This document shows positions 12,100 through 24,550 of a stretch of DNA of 64,000 bases, in pieces (the stretch's first letter is position 1; each line of letters starts with the position of its first letter). The position numbers and the translations under genes were made by a program. Source of the stretch: Camelus ferus (taxonomy: Eukaryota); the NCBI RefSeq assembly GCF_009834535.1, contig NC_045697.1, positions 14,324,001-14,388,000 of the forward strand. Direction: 5' to 3'. The notes under the pieces were generated by a model, which did no database searches, was not told the DNA's origin, and was given only the letters and a program-made list of their open reading frames with translations.

Positions 12100-12790
12100 A
12101 CATTGAGTGAGACAGGATCCCCAGATTTTCTGAATTTCTGGAGTGGAGACTTTGAAAAGAAACAGGCCTGGACATAATGAATTCTCACCTTTGCCCCATG
12201 GGTGGAGTTACTTAAGGCTGATGGATGCTGACCTTGGGAACTCTACTCATGTTGGACTTCTGACATGGTGGGACCAGAGGGCAAGGGCTCCCCTCTGAGA
12301 CTGGATATTTTCTATAAAAGGAACTGAAACCTAAAATGCTAGAAAAGGTCTGCCTTGGTGCCGGAAAGAGGACTCAGCAAGTGGACTTGAGACCGAGGTG
12401 AGGGTGAAAATGCCTCCCCTCTTTGGAGCTGGGAGAACAGTCTGGTCAGGAATCTGAAGCAGAGAGACTGCTGGAGCAGCGGAAACAGACCATCACAAAG
12501 TCACCCAACATCAAACCACATGTGGGATGTTAACTGTACGTCAAGAGTGGGGAAGTGATGAGCTAGCCCTATCTGGTCCTTCTGAGCAGCTTCTCGTGAC
12601 CAGGCCCATCTCCCCTGCGCCCCCATGCCTCAGTTGTCACAGGACTCCCATTCTACCCAGCATCTCCAGGATTCACTGGGGGAGAATGAGGGGTGTGCTA
12701 ACTCCCCTGACTTTAGACATGAATACTTTGTACACTTTAAATTTGACACTGTTCCTGGGATCTTCAAAAATCATTTGTGGTCTTTGAAGC
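12100..12790 (+). mobile_element. Possible very old LTR-like element (family uncertain)
   Basis: LTR-like composition with a TATAAAAG at about 12313. No termini or TSD were recognised. Confidence 0.3.
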
Positions 12791-13274
12791 TTTTCTTAAC
12801 TCTTAAAATCACTGTCCCTTCATGAGGAAATTTGATACATTGATTTGATCTTTCTTTATTCCCAGGAACCAGTTACTTACAACTGTAATGTGCTTCAAAT
12901 GAGGAATTTTCTATATTCTCCTTTGTTGGTTTGAAAGGTAGTATCTTTGATATAAAAACACAATTTCAAATAATAGTTCCAATGTGAACTTGTGTTTTAC
13001 AGAGCTTGCCAATGTATATTTTTCTCATTTGATTATTATAATAAATCTATGACTTATGGCATTTCCATTCAATGAAGAAGAACTGAAGGTTCAATGGTAA
13101 GTTGTCTTGTTACTCAGCTATCCAGTGGGAGAGCTGGAATGTGATCTTGGAACTTTCCAGATCATCACAAGGTTTTGGATTGAATGACCCCAAGCTCCCA
13201 AGAGGATTGGAAGAAAGAAAACATAGCCAAAAACAAATTAGGAAAAAAAAAAAAAAGCAAGCAAGCAAGCAAAT

Positions 13275-13756
13275 TATGATGATTAATTTTATATGTCAAC
13301 TTGTCTGGGCCATGATGCCCAATTATTTGGTTAAATATTATTCTGGATCTTTCTATGAGGGTGTTTTAAAATGAGATTTGCATTTAAATTTGGTAGATTT
13401 TGAGTAAAACAGATTGTTCTCCATAACATGGGTGGGCCTCATCCAATCAGTTGAAGATCTAACTAGAACAAAAGATTAATCTCCCCAGAGCAAAAGGGAA
13501 TTCTCCAGCACAGTGCCTTTGGGGCTGGTTAGTAACATCTGTTCTTCTTAGTTCTACAAGTTGCATCTACTGACTAAATTTGGACTTGAACTTCAATTCA
13601 TTCCTGAGTTCTTCAGTCTGTCTCCCTCCACCATCAGATTTGGGACTGGCTAAGCCTTCACAATCATGTGAGCCAACTGCTTAAAATAAATCACTGTCTG
13701 TGTATATATATACACATCTATTAGTTTCACTTCACTGGAGAATCCTGACTAATACG
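13275..13756 (+). mobile_element. MLT2-family (ERVL) solo LTR
   Basis: Starts tatgatgattaattttatatgtcaacttg, contains gtgggcctcatccaatcagttgaag and caatcatgtgagccaa, ends ctggagaatcctgactaatacg. Confidence 0.88.
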
Positions 13757-14324
13757 TAAACACATGAACAAGCAACAGCTAAAGCTCCAAAAGGAAAGAA
13801 GATGGAATTCGATAGCTAATCACGCAAAAGTGTGAATGAAATGACACCATAGGTCAGCAGCAAAAGGAGCAATTTTAAGAGCAAATAAGCACTTTGTAGC
13901 TGGACCCTCTCACACGTGGAAATTGTGACTTATTAGCTATTTATCTCTGAGCCATCTGCTGGGGATAGTAAGATGAGAGCAAATAGATGGCTCTCTGTCA
14001 TCAGGTGGTGAATCTGTGCCGGTCAGAGCTGGAAACCTGCCTTGGAGTTAAAATGACTCCAGCAAGAGACAGAGATGGGAACTGAAGGGACAGGTGCACT
14101 CAGTAAACTTGTCAGCCGTCTCTCGTCTCTAGGTGCATCTGATAGATACATATTCTAATGCAAAATGAAATTCGGAAACTGACGGTCTCATGTGTGTTTG
14201 CTGTATGTGCAATCACACGAGTGTGTCAGATGAAATTCTTTCTCTGCCAACTGAGAACTCCTGGTCAAGTTTTAGAGCTGTAAGTCTCACCAAGTGAATT
14301 TATCTGTATCCAGCTTATATTATT

Positions 14325-14450
14325 ATATTAACTTACATCTTTAGCCAATGTATAATGTATGCTGATGATTCTAAGAACTTTTCTCGGAACCAGGGCAGCA
14401 GCAATAAACAAGTTAAATATCTCACCCTCGTGGGGCCTACATCCAAACAG
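14325..14450 (-). mobile_element. L2 3' fragment
   Basis: ggaaccagggcagcagcaataaacaag...ctcaccctcgtggggcctacatccaa. Confidence 0.5.
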
Positions 14451-14755
14451 AAGAAGAAAGGTCAAAAACAAGATAAAAGATGATAAAAGTAACAATCCAG
14501 AGAGTGGTGATCTTTTATTTATTCTGGAGTTCTTATGGGAAAGCAATGCATTTCACTACCTTCAGGTAAACAAAATAAAAATCAAATCTTTTAGGACTCT
14601 AGTGATTTACAAAACGGTACCAATGGCCTATTCTCTAACTCCCCTCACCAGTTTTGTGGAGTCATTTCTGCACTAAAGTGTTATCTCCACCTCTCCATCA
14701 AGAATGCCTTTGAGCAGGCTGTGCATACAGCTAAGTGTATGTCAGTCAACGTGGC

Positions 14756-15125
14756 TGTGTTAGTTAGGTTAACTCTTGTGCTGGAACAAACAAGCTCCTA
14801 AATATGTAACAAATTTAAAAGAATTTAGTATATTTCTTGTTCATCCAACAGCCTTGAGAGGGTGTACAGATCAGAGTTATCAAGAGATGGAGGCTAATGA
14901 GAGCTTAGCCATTGCCATGTGTTGTCTATGTGACCATTTCATCCAAAGGAGAAAAAGATCATTGAGGAGTGAGCACAGGAGTTATCTATGGACCAAGTCT
15001 TAAGGTGGTACACATCCTTTCCACTCTCATTTCATTGGTTAGAAATCACTTAACATGTCTACCCCAAACCACAAGAGATGTCTCATGCACCCAGGAAGAA
15101 GACAAGAGCACAGGCATTTGGAGCA
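14756..15125 (-). mobile_element. Old MLT1 (MaLR) LTR, MLT1J/K/L-like
   Basis: Begins tgtgttagttaggttaa...gctggaacaaacaagc and contains cacatcctttccactctcatttcattggttagaa. Confidence 0.55.
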
Positions 15126-15429
15126 TCTCTCAAAGAAGCCTCTGAGACAGTTCTCTGACTGATGCTTTAGCAGGACCATCATCACATCATTTTCATTTCT
15201 TTTCATTTCTCCTGGTGTTGTCTTTAAAGGATGATATTTTCAAACAAACAAGTTCAGGAACACCTAAACATCGAAGTATGGATTTGTTAAGTAGGCTTTT
15301 TTCACTCTAAGAGGAAGGATCTAAGAAGGAGCAGAGTTCCCAGCTTTAGGGAAGGTGAGGAACACCTCACCCATCTACACTCTGAGACATAACTATAACC
15401 TTCCATAAGCTTTATGCCTTGCATATTGT

Positions 15430-15930
15430 ATTTTCTAGAGACATTTTATCTGATTATTAACAAATGATCATTTTGTGAAAATACATTGTCTATAGAAAAA
15501 ATAAGTAAAAAATCACCAAAAATTATACTATTGTAAGACTATTTTGGTCTTTTATCTAAGTATATATCAGTATGCTGTACAAATAAAATTAGAATAATAC
15601 AAGAATATAATAGTGTTACATCTTTTTTTTTAACAGTAACAAAATATCTTGAACATTTCCCATATCATTATTATTAATGGCTGCATAATAGTGTGTCCAC
15701 TGAATTTACCATATTGTTGGACTTCAGCATTTTTGAACTATATAGAAATAACAATGTAATTAATAATCTAGTGCATGCATCTGTGATTGCACCTGTGGTT
15801 CTTTCTTCATGACTAATCCCAGGAGACTCACAAGACCAAAGGGTTTAAACCATTTCAAGGCTTTTCATGTGCAAGGTCACACTGATTTCCAGAAAGGCTG
15901 TACCCACATGTACCCATATGTGCTACCATG
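15430..15930 (-). mobile_element. Old L1 (L1ME-like) 3' fragment
   Basis: ttaatggctgcataatagt...aacaatgtaattaataatctagtgcatgcatct...ttccagaaaggctgtaccc is a reverse L1 3' region. Confidence 0.65.
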
Positions 15931-16421
15931 ACTGGTTTAAAAGAACATTTCACACATAGCGGGGCTGCTGACCAGAATCACATGGGGATGTGACACTCAC
16001 TCAGTCTCATGAACAAACAACACTAATTTGCTTAATGAATCTAATCATCATTCTGAAAATTACCAGAAGACATTAAAGCATTTGTACAGATGCAGTCACA
16101 GATGCACGCAGTAGAATGGGACCAGCGAGTTTCCTTCAGTGTTTCTTAAACCCTTCACAACGATCTGATCAGGATACAATGCATGTGCAATGAGATTTTC
16201 TTAGGCCATAACGACCACACTTTTGTCGGTTAGTGAAGAGACACTTGCCTTCTGGGGCCTTGCATGTGTTCCCTGAAGATCCTTCCCTTAGGCACTGTTG
16301 TGAGACATGTGTTGAGATCAGTTGTAAGTGTACTATGACTGCTTTGCTGATACTGATATCAATATTATTAAAAGAGTGATTTTTTAATAATGATAATTAG
16401 CACGATGATGATGGTGATGAT

Positions 16422-16928
16422 TGTGGAGCCGGCTGGTGCTCTGTGAAGCCACTCTAAAGCCAGAAAACCCCCACTCCAGGGCTCTCCTGGAGTTGACTGA
16501 CACATTGAACCTCCACTCCCCACTTCTGGACCCTCTGCATGGCTGCATTTCTTTAAGATAAAAACATCTTCCTTGGCTGTGCGTTAACCCTAACAAAACT
16601 AAACGCCCCCAGGAAATGGCTAGGTGGGCAGGCGTCACTGCTTATCCTCCCCTTAGCAGAATCCTAAATCCCATTACTCAGAGAAGCCCCTGCAAGTCTT
16701 ACCTCACTTACAGCCACTCAGGTGGCTGTACACGATTTGGCCGTGCAGCCCCCTACGCCTGGTGTTCACAGTCCCTTCCCCCCAGTAAAAGACCTACACG
16801 TTCACCCCAGTGCTCACGCCCTTCTGTGTGGTCCTCTGACGCCTACAGCTGAATGCCTATTAAACTTTCCTTTGTCTTTGGTAAACTCTTTTACCATCCT
16901 CGACACTGGCCGGCTGTGCCCCCCAACC
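16422..16928 (+). mobile_element. Solo LTR of the MER54/MER73/MER74 (ERVL-type) group, inserted in a GAT-rich tract
   Basis: TG start and the characteristic end ggtaaactcttttaccatcctcgacactggcc. ATTAAA signal at about 16859. Candidate 5-bp TSD ATGAT at 16417-16421 and 16929-16933. Confidence 0.65.
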
Positions 16929-16959
16929 ATGATGGTGACCATGATGATGGTGATGATGA

Positions 16960-17125
16960 GTTAATGCGTTGTGTTAGATGCTCTCCGTGGATCTTCTCAC
17001 GGGAATGGGATAGACACCGGCATTACCTGCACTTTACAGAAGAGCAGACTGCTCGGAGAGAAACTAGCCGGGTTCTCAGAATCAGAAAATGGCAGAGCCT
17101 AATCTGCTGATCTCAGGGTCAGGGA
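16960..17125 (-). mobile_element. MIR fragment
   Basis: cattacctgcactttacagaagagcagactgctcggagag...aaatggcagagcc. Confidence 0.6.
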
Positions 17126-17154
17126 ACTGGTGTGTTTAACCAACTTTAGAGATA

Positions 17155-17559
17155 GCGGTTTCCCCTGCGCTCTGAAATAAAGTGCTCCTATAAAACCTTC
17201 CAAAAGCTGAAATGGCAGAAAACAGAAGCAGTTACCTTACGGCACATCTTACTAAGGGATGCACAGAATAAATCGAGATACAGCAAGATGCTCAGAGACA
17301 CCGTTCAAGGCTATGGAGGCTGGATGCTGAGATGCAGCATGTAGTTCTTGGGGGAGGATCTTGGTGGGGCTTGTCGTGCCCGAGGTCTGCGGCCTCCCTG
17401 TCAGCTGCTGCAAAATGAACTGAATGCTATTTTTGTCTTTTTACATACAAGTGAAAATCCTCTTCAGATTTCTTTCCATTAGTGAAAACAGGCACTCATG
17501 TAGGTCTTTTGCAAAAGCAAAATGTTGTAAAGAGAATTTCTGAAAAGTGGGGATACCTG
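17155..17559. mobile_element. TcMar-Tigger-type non-autonomous DNA transposon (MITE)
   Basis: Degenerate TIRs gcggtttcccctgc ... gtggggatacctg, with TA on both sides (17153-17154, 17560-17561), the Tc1/mariner TSD. Confidence 0.8.
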
Positions 17560-17769
17560 TAATCCACTCAATGGCTTCATCTTAAAGTCAAGGAGACTGA
17601 AGTTGAGGTTACAGGAATTGCCCATAAATTACACACGGGCTGCTGAGTCTTACTTCGTGTCTGGGTTTCCAGACCCCAGGGCATCACAAACACCTTCCTG
17701 TCCATACAACAGCTGCTATTGTTCTGCCAGAAAGCCTTTAGGATAATCTAGAGAAATGCATACGGTCCT

Positions 17770-18470
17770 TGATTCTGGAGTTAAGTAGAAGGTCCGCATT
17801 GAACCTTTGCTCCTTAAAAGCTGTTTAGCTTCAGATAAATTGTTTAATCTAAGTCTCATTGTTCTCCTCCGTAATGTGAATGAATAATACTGCAAACCAC
17901 ATCAGTAAACAATGCTGAAGCCATCAAGTCATCAGCGGCTGCCCCCCCCTCCCCCAGTGCAGACAAGCCTGCAGTCCGGCCTCTGCAGCCACTCACCAGG
18001 GTGCACTGTGAGGGGACTCAGAATAAGAAAGGACAGGATACTTGCCCTAGATCATTAGGTGCTTGTCAAAGGAATGAATTCAATGAGCCCAAGTGTTGGC
18101 TTCCCCCCATACAAAGAAAAGCACCAAATTCTTTAACTTGAGATGCCTGGTTTTCCTTAGGTAACAAGTAATCTTTTATTGTTCCAACTACCTGGTCTTT
18201 GTTGTAAAGCTCATATATATCCTGGCTCCTCCCCTACCTCTGCGGAGCAGTCCCTCAGAGCCATCTGAGAGGCTGTCATCCCGGGCTCGAAGGGGTTCGA
18301 GTCCTCAGAAATGCCCGCCAAATAAAACGTAACTCTCAACTTTTAGGCTGCGCATTTATTTCAGTCGACAGTAACATAGGGGTAACTATTGACATCAGAG
18401 GGCTTTTATGAGAATTAATAATGTACATTATGTTATTATCTTTGCTCTCTTAGCACATCATATTTGTTCA
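17770..18470 (+). mobile_element. MIR SINE split by the ERV1 LTR
   Basis: Left part ends tctcattgttctcctccgtaa. Right part resumes gtaacataggggtaacta...gagggcttttatgagaattaa, so the MIR core is broken at catctgtaa|aatgggg. Confidence 0.7.
17875..18370 (+). mobile_element. Complete ERV1-class solo LTR (496 bp; MER41-like, artiodactyl-type), antisense to KCNIP4
   Basis: TGT...ACA termini and an exact 4-bp TSD GTAA (17871-17874, 18371-18374). TATA-like catatatatcc at about 18212, AATAAA at 18321-18326, end ttcagtcgaca. Confidence 0.88.
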
Positions 18471-19935
18471 TTAACTATGAGACATTAGGACAATATTAAA
18501 GTGAATGTCACATCAGCATGGCTACACCAGGGTTAAATGGTATTCATCCAAGCAGTTGAACCCAGCATAGAGCCAGTCTGATATAATGCAATGAGCCTAT
18601 GAAGCAGATATGAGTTATGCCTCCTCCTCTAGCTTTATAAATTGAATCTGCTCTCTCTAATATCGTCAAGTTTACCCTCAAAGTTAGGGGAATAGTGCAA
18701 TTGTAAATGACAGCTGAGAAGAATAAAGGCCACCATACTGGAAATCAATGTCTAGAAACCCAAGAGCCCTTTTTCAGTCATCAATTTAAAGAAAAATGCC
18801 CCTTCTAAAGCTTAGATGAGTACATTAGAAATACAGTCGCCCATGAAAAGTGCTGGGAATGGTGCTTTGAAGAGAGATCCATGTAGGAATAGGAAATTGC
18901 TAAAGACGCGATTTTGTGAGGTGCATTGTGAGTCCCTATACTTCTGCCTGTGAAGAAAGTCTTTTAGCATTTCCTTGAAAGTTGTCAGAACTCTGGGGGA
19001 ATGCTCTAGAAATGGCTGCAGTGACACACCAAGCAGATGTGCTTTCTCAATGATGCTTGTTTGCTCCACGGGCTGAACTCTCCTCTTCCCATAAATGCTT
19101 CTGTTCTGGTGTATATCATCTCCTCAGGTTCAGAACAAGTGTTAAAGATTTAGAGATACCTCTTCAGGAATCCAAAAAGATTTATGGTGCAAAACTATCA
19201 TAGGGAAAAAACAAAGTCCTTGTGAAATAAATGATTCCTGGGGGACCCTTTTATGATATGTATCATGTCACAGCTTTGAAGCATGCATGTTTCTCATCAA
19301 CTCTCACACCTACTTCTGCCACCAGGGAAGGCACACATGGCTGTGGTTGTGAGGTGCTTAAAAGGAAGACCTTGGCTTTCTACCAACAGGCATGTCACAG
19401 TGTCCATGTTTCCTTCCAGCATCCAGTTATTCTTCATGACAAGGGAAGGAGACTGACATCTCTTTGATGAGGAGCACAGCAGATTGTGAGCAGGACACAA
19501 AGGGAACACAAAGGCTGGACACTGGGCTCTCAGATCAGAGAAGAAAAAGGAGACAAGACACTGCCCAAATGAGGACAACACCCATTCTTCTGGCAAGAGT
19601 AGGTGGCAGGTAAGTTGGCACCTCTTAGAGGAAGTTACTTCCTTAGGCTAGAGACCACACTTAGAGTGAGCAGTGTGTGAGTTCATCAGCAGAGACCAGA
19701 AAGCATCTTGGACGCCTGGAAGAACGTGCATCAGTGACCCTTGAGATGTACCAGAAGGGAACCCATGAATGGGACAAGGCAGAGAGAACAGATTTCAAGT
19801 GCGGTAGCCTAGGGCTGTGTATCAACAAGTTCTCCCTGCTTCTGAATCCATGGGAAGATCGTATTTCATGGGTCCCTAATGGTTTGCTGGGACCACGTGA
19901 TGAACTGTCCAATGAATGGAAAGCATAGGTGACAC

Positions 19936-20330
19936 AGTTAATATTGTGATTTATAATCAGAAGTATATGCTTGGTCTGAGTCCCCATGTCTAGCACGGAG
20001 CTTCTAAAGCTAACTGGAATTTCATAAATGATGAGAGAGATAAAGCTATCTCTTGTTACACTAATGAGGTGACTTCTGGACCCCACCCAAGGATGGGGGC
20101 TGGTTGCCAGGGGAGCTAACGCACTGATTAGAGGGTTGGAATTTTCAGTCCCACCCCCTGAGCTCCAGGAAAGGAAGAGGGGCTGGAGACTGACCTCAAT
20201 CACCAACGGCTAATAATTTAATCAACCATACCTATGTCATGAAGCCTCCAAAAGACCCCAAAAGGACAAGTTCAGGGAGTTTCTAGGTTGGTGAATACAC
20301 TGAGATCTGGGGAGAGTGGTGCACTAGAAG
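19936..20330 (+). mobile_element. MER21-family LTR, 5' part
   Basis: atattgtgatttataatcagaagtatatgcttggtc...gagcttctaaa...aatgaggtgacttc...gggggctggttgccagggg...tgattagagggttggaattttcagtcccacc. Confidence 0.78.
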
Positions 20331-21799
20331 ACATATTTGAAATTCATCTGAACACGTAACTGTATATATAACATATGTATATATTTGTTTATAGCTAGGT
20401 GAATTTAATCATTAAACCATGAAGTTCTTATTTTGAGTATGAATCCAACTATTTATTATTTACCATTTTACAAAGTCATAACTCAAAACTACTTTCAAGT
20501 TACTGCATGGACTTCATCTGATTATTATGTTTAAGATTCTGGTGTCTGGAGTGCTCCCAGATCAGACAAAAAGTCTCTTTAAGAAAAGGATGCTTAAACA
20601 AGTTGTATTTTTGTCTGATTGTGTTATATGCTACAGATGTATCATGACAGTTTGTATATATTTAACATTTGGGAAAGTGGGTTTTATTGTCTTAGTTTTC
20701 AAGATGTGAACATATCAAGCTGAGTAATAGTATGATTATTTCACAGCCAGGACAATTTTTTAACCCTTTGAGGTTTTTTTTTTTTTTTTAGTTCCTTTTA
20801 ATTAGTTGATTAAATTGTGAAAACAAAACACCTCAACATTTCCAGCATGGATGATTTTGAAAAGATAGATGAAATGAATTTATTGATTCAATGAAGATGA
20901 TGGATGGACAATTTCATTCTCAGAGACCTAAAATTGGAAAGCATGGCTGTCTTTACATACTATCCCATCCTTTTAATACCTAATCCAATTGGGAAAACAT
21001 AGATTTTTTTAAAAAATTAAATTCCTACTCCCTACTTCCCTCGTTTGAGTCTGGGGTTGCTCTGAAAAGTCATTCTCTTAGTAGCAGGACAATTTAAGGA
21101 TGACTTGGCATCCTACCACTGTGGAAGAATTTTCAAAATTTACATGGTGCAATGCTATGACTTGTATGGCTCTCATTGCTAGATTCTGTTTGTGGACTTC
21201 TCTGCGCCCGTTAGACTTGGTAAAAACCTTGAAGGCAAGGACCGAGTTTCATAGAGCCCAGCAGTGTTTAGAACAGAGTATTAAAAACATTTATCCTGAA
21301 TGGATAAATACTTACACAGCTCTTAGCTTTTAAGAAATTAGAAAACAAAAGTGCTTTGGCAGTTTCCTCTAAAACCTGTGTGGCGTGTTTTCAGAATTCC
21401 ATGCACTCCAAAACATTTGTTCCCCTGTAATTCTTCTGTTCTTCTCTATCCAGTTGTGCTGAAGGAAGATTTTTGATACCTTGTGCTAAACTATCCAAGG
21501 TCAACACTTTCTCTTAAGTACATCTCTGGCCACAGCCACACCTGGGACCATTGAATGGTTATGAAGAACTTTCGAGGACAAAATCTTGGTTCCACCTCCC
21601 AACCCTCATGACTGCTTATCATAAATATAATCACAGAAATTAAGGAGAGACCACTAGGGTCAAGAGAAAATACTTATTTCAACACAAATTTTAAAACCCT
21701 TGCTGTATTCAACAACTGGGCTGCTAAAAACTCATTTAAAAATAGCAAGATTAGTCCTTCAGTTTTTAGAACGTACAAGCTGATCACTAAGAACTAAAC

Positions 21800-21990
21800 C
21801 TAGCTTGAAATTTCTGTTCTAGTATTCCCAGGTGTTAGAAGCCTTAGCAAGTCATTTATTCTCTTAGTCTGTTTCCTCATCTGTAAAATAATCTCTAAGA
21901 AATACTGACATCACGGGTAAGTAAAACAAATGAAAATTAAAATAGATAATGTATGATAAAGGAAAAAAAAATAAAAAACTGGATACAACC
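21800..21990 (+). mobile_element. MIR fragment
   Basis: gccttagcaagtcatttattctcttagtctgtttcctcatctgtaaaataat. Confidence 0.7.
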
Positions 21991-22814
21991 CACATGCTGG
22001 GCATTTTGCTGCTCCAAAACTTTGCATTAAGAAACTTCTGTATTCCCTGAGGATACTCCCTGGGGCCAGAGTGGTTACATATGAATTTCAGATTGGAAAA
22101 AACAACAAAAAACATGGAGAAAAACTTTCCTACACAGTATTGGAAAAGAGATGAGGCTGGGTGATAAAATTCAACTCAGCTGCCTGAGTGTGGAGATGCA
22201 GGCACATTCCCAGGCCCATGAGGTCCCACAGTCACCCAGGCTGCAGGAGAAATAGAAGATACGAGGCTGATTTTCTCCTCCCCCCACCAGCTCTGCTCTC
22301 CCACGATATGGAAGAGGGAAATAGTACGTGAGATTTACAGCCAAAAAACCCCTCCAAAAACAAAAAAGCAGGCTTAAGTTTCAGCTCTGCTAACAAAGAA
22401 ATCATTGACGTGTCCCAGGATTCTGAGTCTCAGTCTATAAAGTGTGAAAGCAGCATTTGACAGTGAAGAAATGTGACTCATGGACGTTGTGTATATGAAG
22501 ATCCTAGCACTAGTCTGAGAATTCCACAAATGTTGATTTCTTCTAACTTTCTCTTTTCAAGTCACTTACATTGATTTTGCAAAACGAAGTTGCCCCAATT
22601 TTGCAGGTATGAAAGCTTCCCTGGGGACCTGGCCCAAGTCCTGAGCTTTTATTAGAATGAATGTAGTTATTTGACTTAGCCTTCAGAAAAGGATTTTCTC
22701 AGACCCCAAAGGAGGGTTCACTTGGTGGACTCATTTTGTGGATTACAGCAAAGTTCTACAGTTATTCAAAGCCATTTGGATGGAAAAAAGATAATGGAGC
22801 CCAAAGGGAAGGAC

Positions 22815-23378
22815 TGTGTGTCAGTTTTCTCCTGCCACATAACAGATTACTGTGAACTTGGTGACTTAAAACAACATAAACTTATTACCCCACAGTTCTG
22901 TGGGGCAAGAGTCTGCCATGGCTTAGCTGTGTTCTCTGTCTGGGGGTCTCACACTCAGAATGCTGGCTGGTCTGGTCCTCACCTGGACCTTGCAGTACTC
23001 TTCCAGGCTCATTCAGGTTGTTGGCAGATTTCAGCTCCTTTTGGCTGTAGGACTGAGGTCCCTGTTACCTTGCAGGCTGTTAGCCAGTGGCCTCTGCCAG
23101 CTTTCTTCTCGTATAAGTCCCTCCATCTTCAGATCAGCAAAGGTGCGGTGAGTCCTTCTCACAGTCTGATTCTCTCTGACTTCCCCTTCCCTTGTCAGTT
23201 AAAGGGCTCATGTGAATAAATCAGGCCCACAAGGATCTCTGTATTTTAAGTTCAACTGATTTGGGACTTCAGTTACATCTGCAAAATCTCTCTCCATCAA
23301 TAACTCAATTGGTGTTTGGCTGAAGAGCTGGGAGCCAGGACTCCTGGGTGGGCCATCCTCAGACACCTGCCTACCACG
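22815..23378 (-). mobile_element. MLT1 (MLT1D/E-like) MaLR solo LTR
   Basis: gtgacttaaaacaacataaacttatta...cacagttctgtggg...ctcattcaggttgttggcagatttcagctcc...gctgtaggactgaggtccc...ttacatctgcaaaatc...ctgcctaccac. Confidence 0.88.
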
Positions 23379-24319
23379 TCTGCTTCTTCTCAGTCTGGGC
23401 CGACTCTGGTTTCCACAGCAGTTCCTGTACAACACTCTTTTCTGTAATTACATCCAGGGTACATCAAACAGTAGGAGCTCTTCAGACTTGTACAAATACT
23501 GCACTATTTTCACCACAAGCAGCAACTACACTACTTGGAGCCTTAGTTGAACTAGATTTGGAAGGAATATATCCTGTCACGCTCAGCAGTGTACAGGACC
23601 GGCTGAGACTGCAAACCTGAATATTCTTTTTATGAAAGCTATAAATAGTATTCCCCATGTGGAGGTGTGCCCTGTCCTTATTTACTTCTGTTCTATATCA
23701 CCAAGGTCATTACATAGATTTTATGAACTGATTAGATCACTTTCAAATTGGCCTAATAATATTGGGGGGAAAAAAAAGAATAAAAAACTCCTTAAAAGAA
23801 TCAGGCAATTTTTCAGTTAGAAAGAAGAAAACACTAAGATTCTGATGTACAGACATAAACATAACTATAAGAGAATATATTTTCTGGAGTTTTGCAACAA
23901 TCTTGTTCTCTCTCAGTCTAATTTCCCTCACTTACCAAACTGGCTAGATTCTGGCTCTTTGATGACTTCATTGTGTCTGTTGTCTCTGGACTTCTTATGT
24001 GAGAATATACACGGTCCTCATTCTGTAAGCCCTGTCTATATACTGGCTTTCAGTGCCTTATAGTCAAAGTCACTTTAACATAAGCAATAAGTTATTTATA
24101 ACTTTATAATAATATAACTTTATTACACTGCCCTACAGGATGGGAAGATGAAAATGAGTTCTTTTTATTGTTTGCTGACAAATTTGGTGGAAGTTCTACT
24201 GGCCCCAGAGGAATCAGCTGGAGATTACAGTGACATGTGTGTAAGCAGTTGACTTGATTTGTCTAGGTCCACTATTTGCCCATTCTCAGGTAAATCCAAA
24301 GAAGCTCTGAAGGAGCCTA

Positions 24320-24550
24320 GAACAAAAGTCATGTTTAATGCTCGCTGGTGGTCCGCTGGGCACTGAGCCAGGTCATGTAGGAGAGAGATGTTATCATCAC
24401 ATCCTCTTAACAAGTAGGGAAGATAGTTGCTCGCCGGATACATAAGAAATGAGCTCAGAGAAGTTTAAGAAACTTCCCCAAGATCAGACAGATATTAAGC
24501 AGTAGGAGGGATTTGAACCTGAGTTTGACCATAAAGCCTTTGTATCTTAC
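24320..24550 (-). mobile_element. MIR SINE
   Basis: cataagaaatgagctcagagaagtttaagaaacttccccaagatcagacag...ggatttgaacctgag. Confidence 0.7.

Noticed and set aside
19661..20206. 181-aa minus-strand ORF
   Set aside because: About half is antisense MER21 LTR sequence, and it resembles no protein I recognise.
22722..23219. 165-aa ORF
   Set aside because: Lies almost entirely within an MLT1 LTR, so it is a chance open frame.
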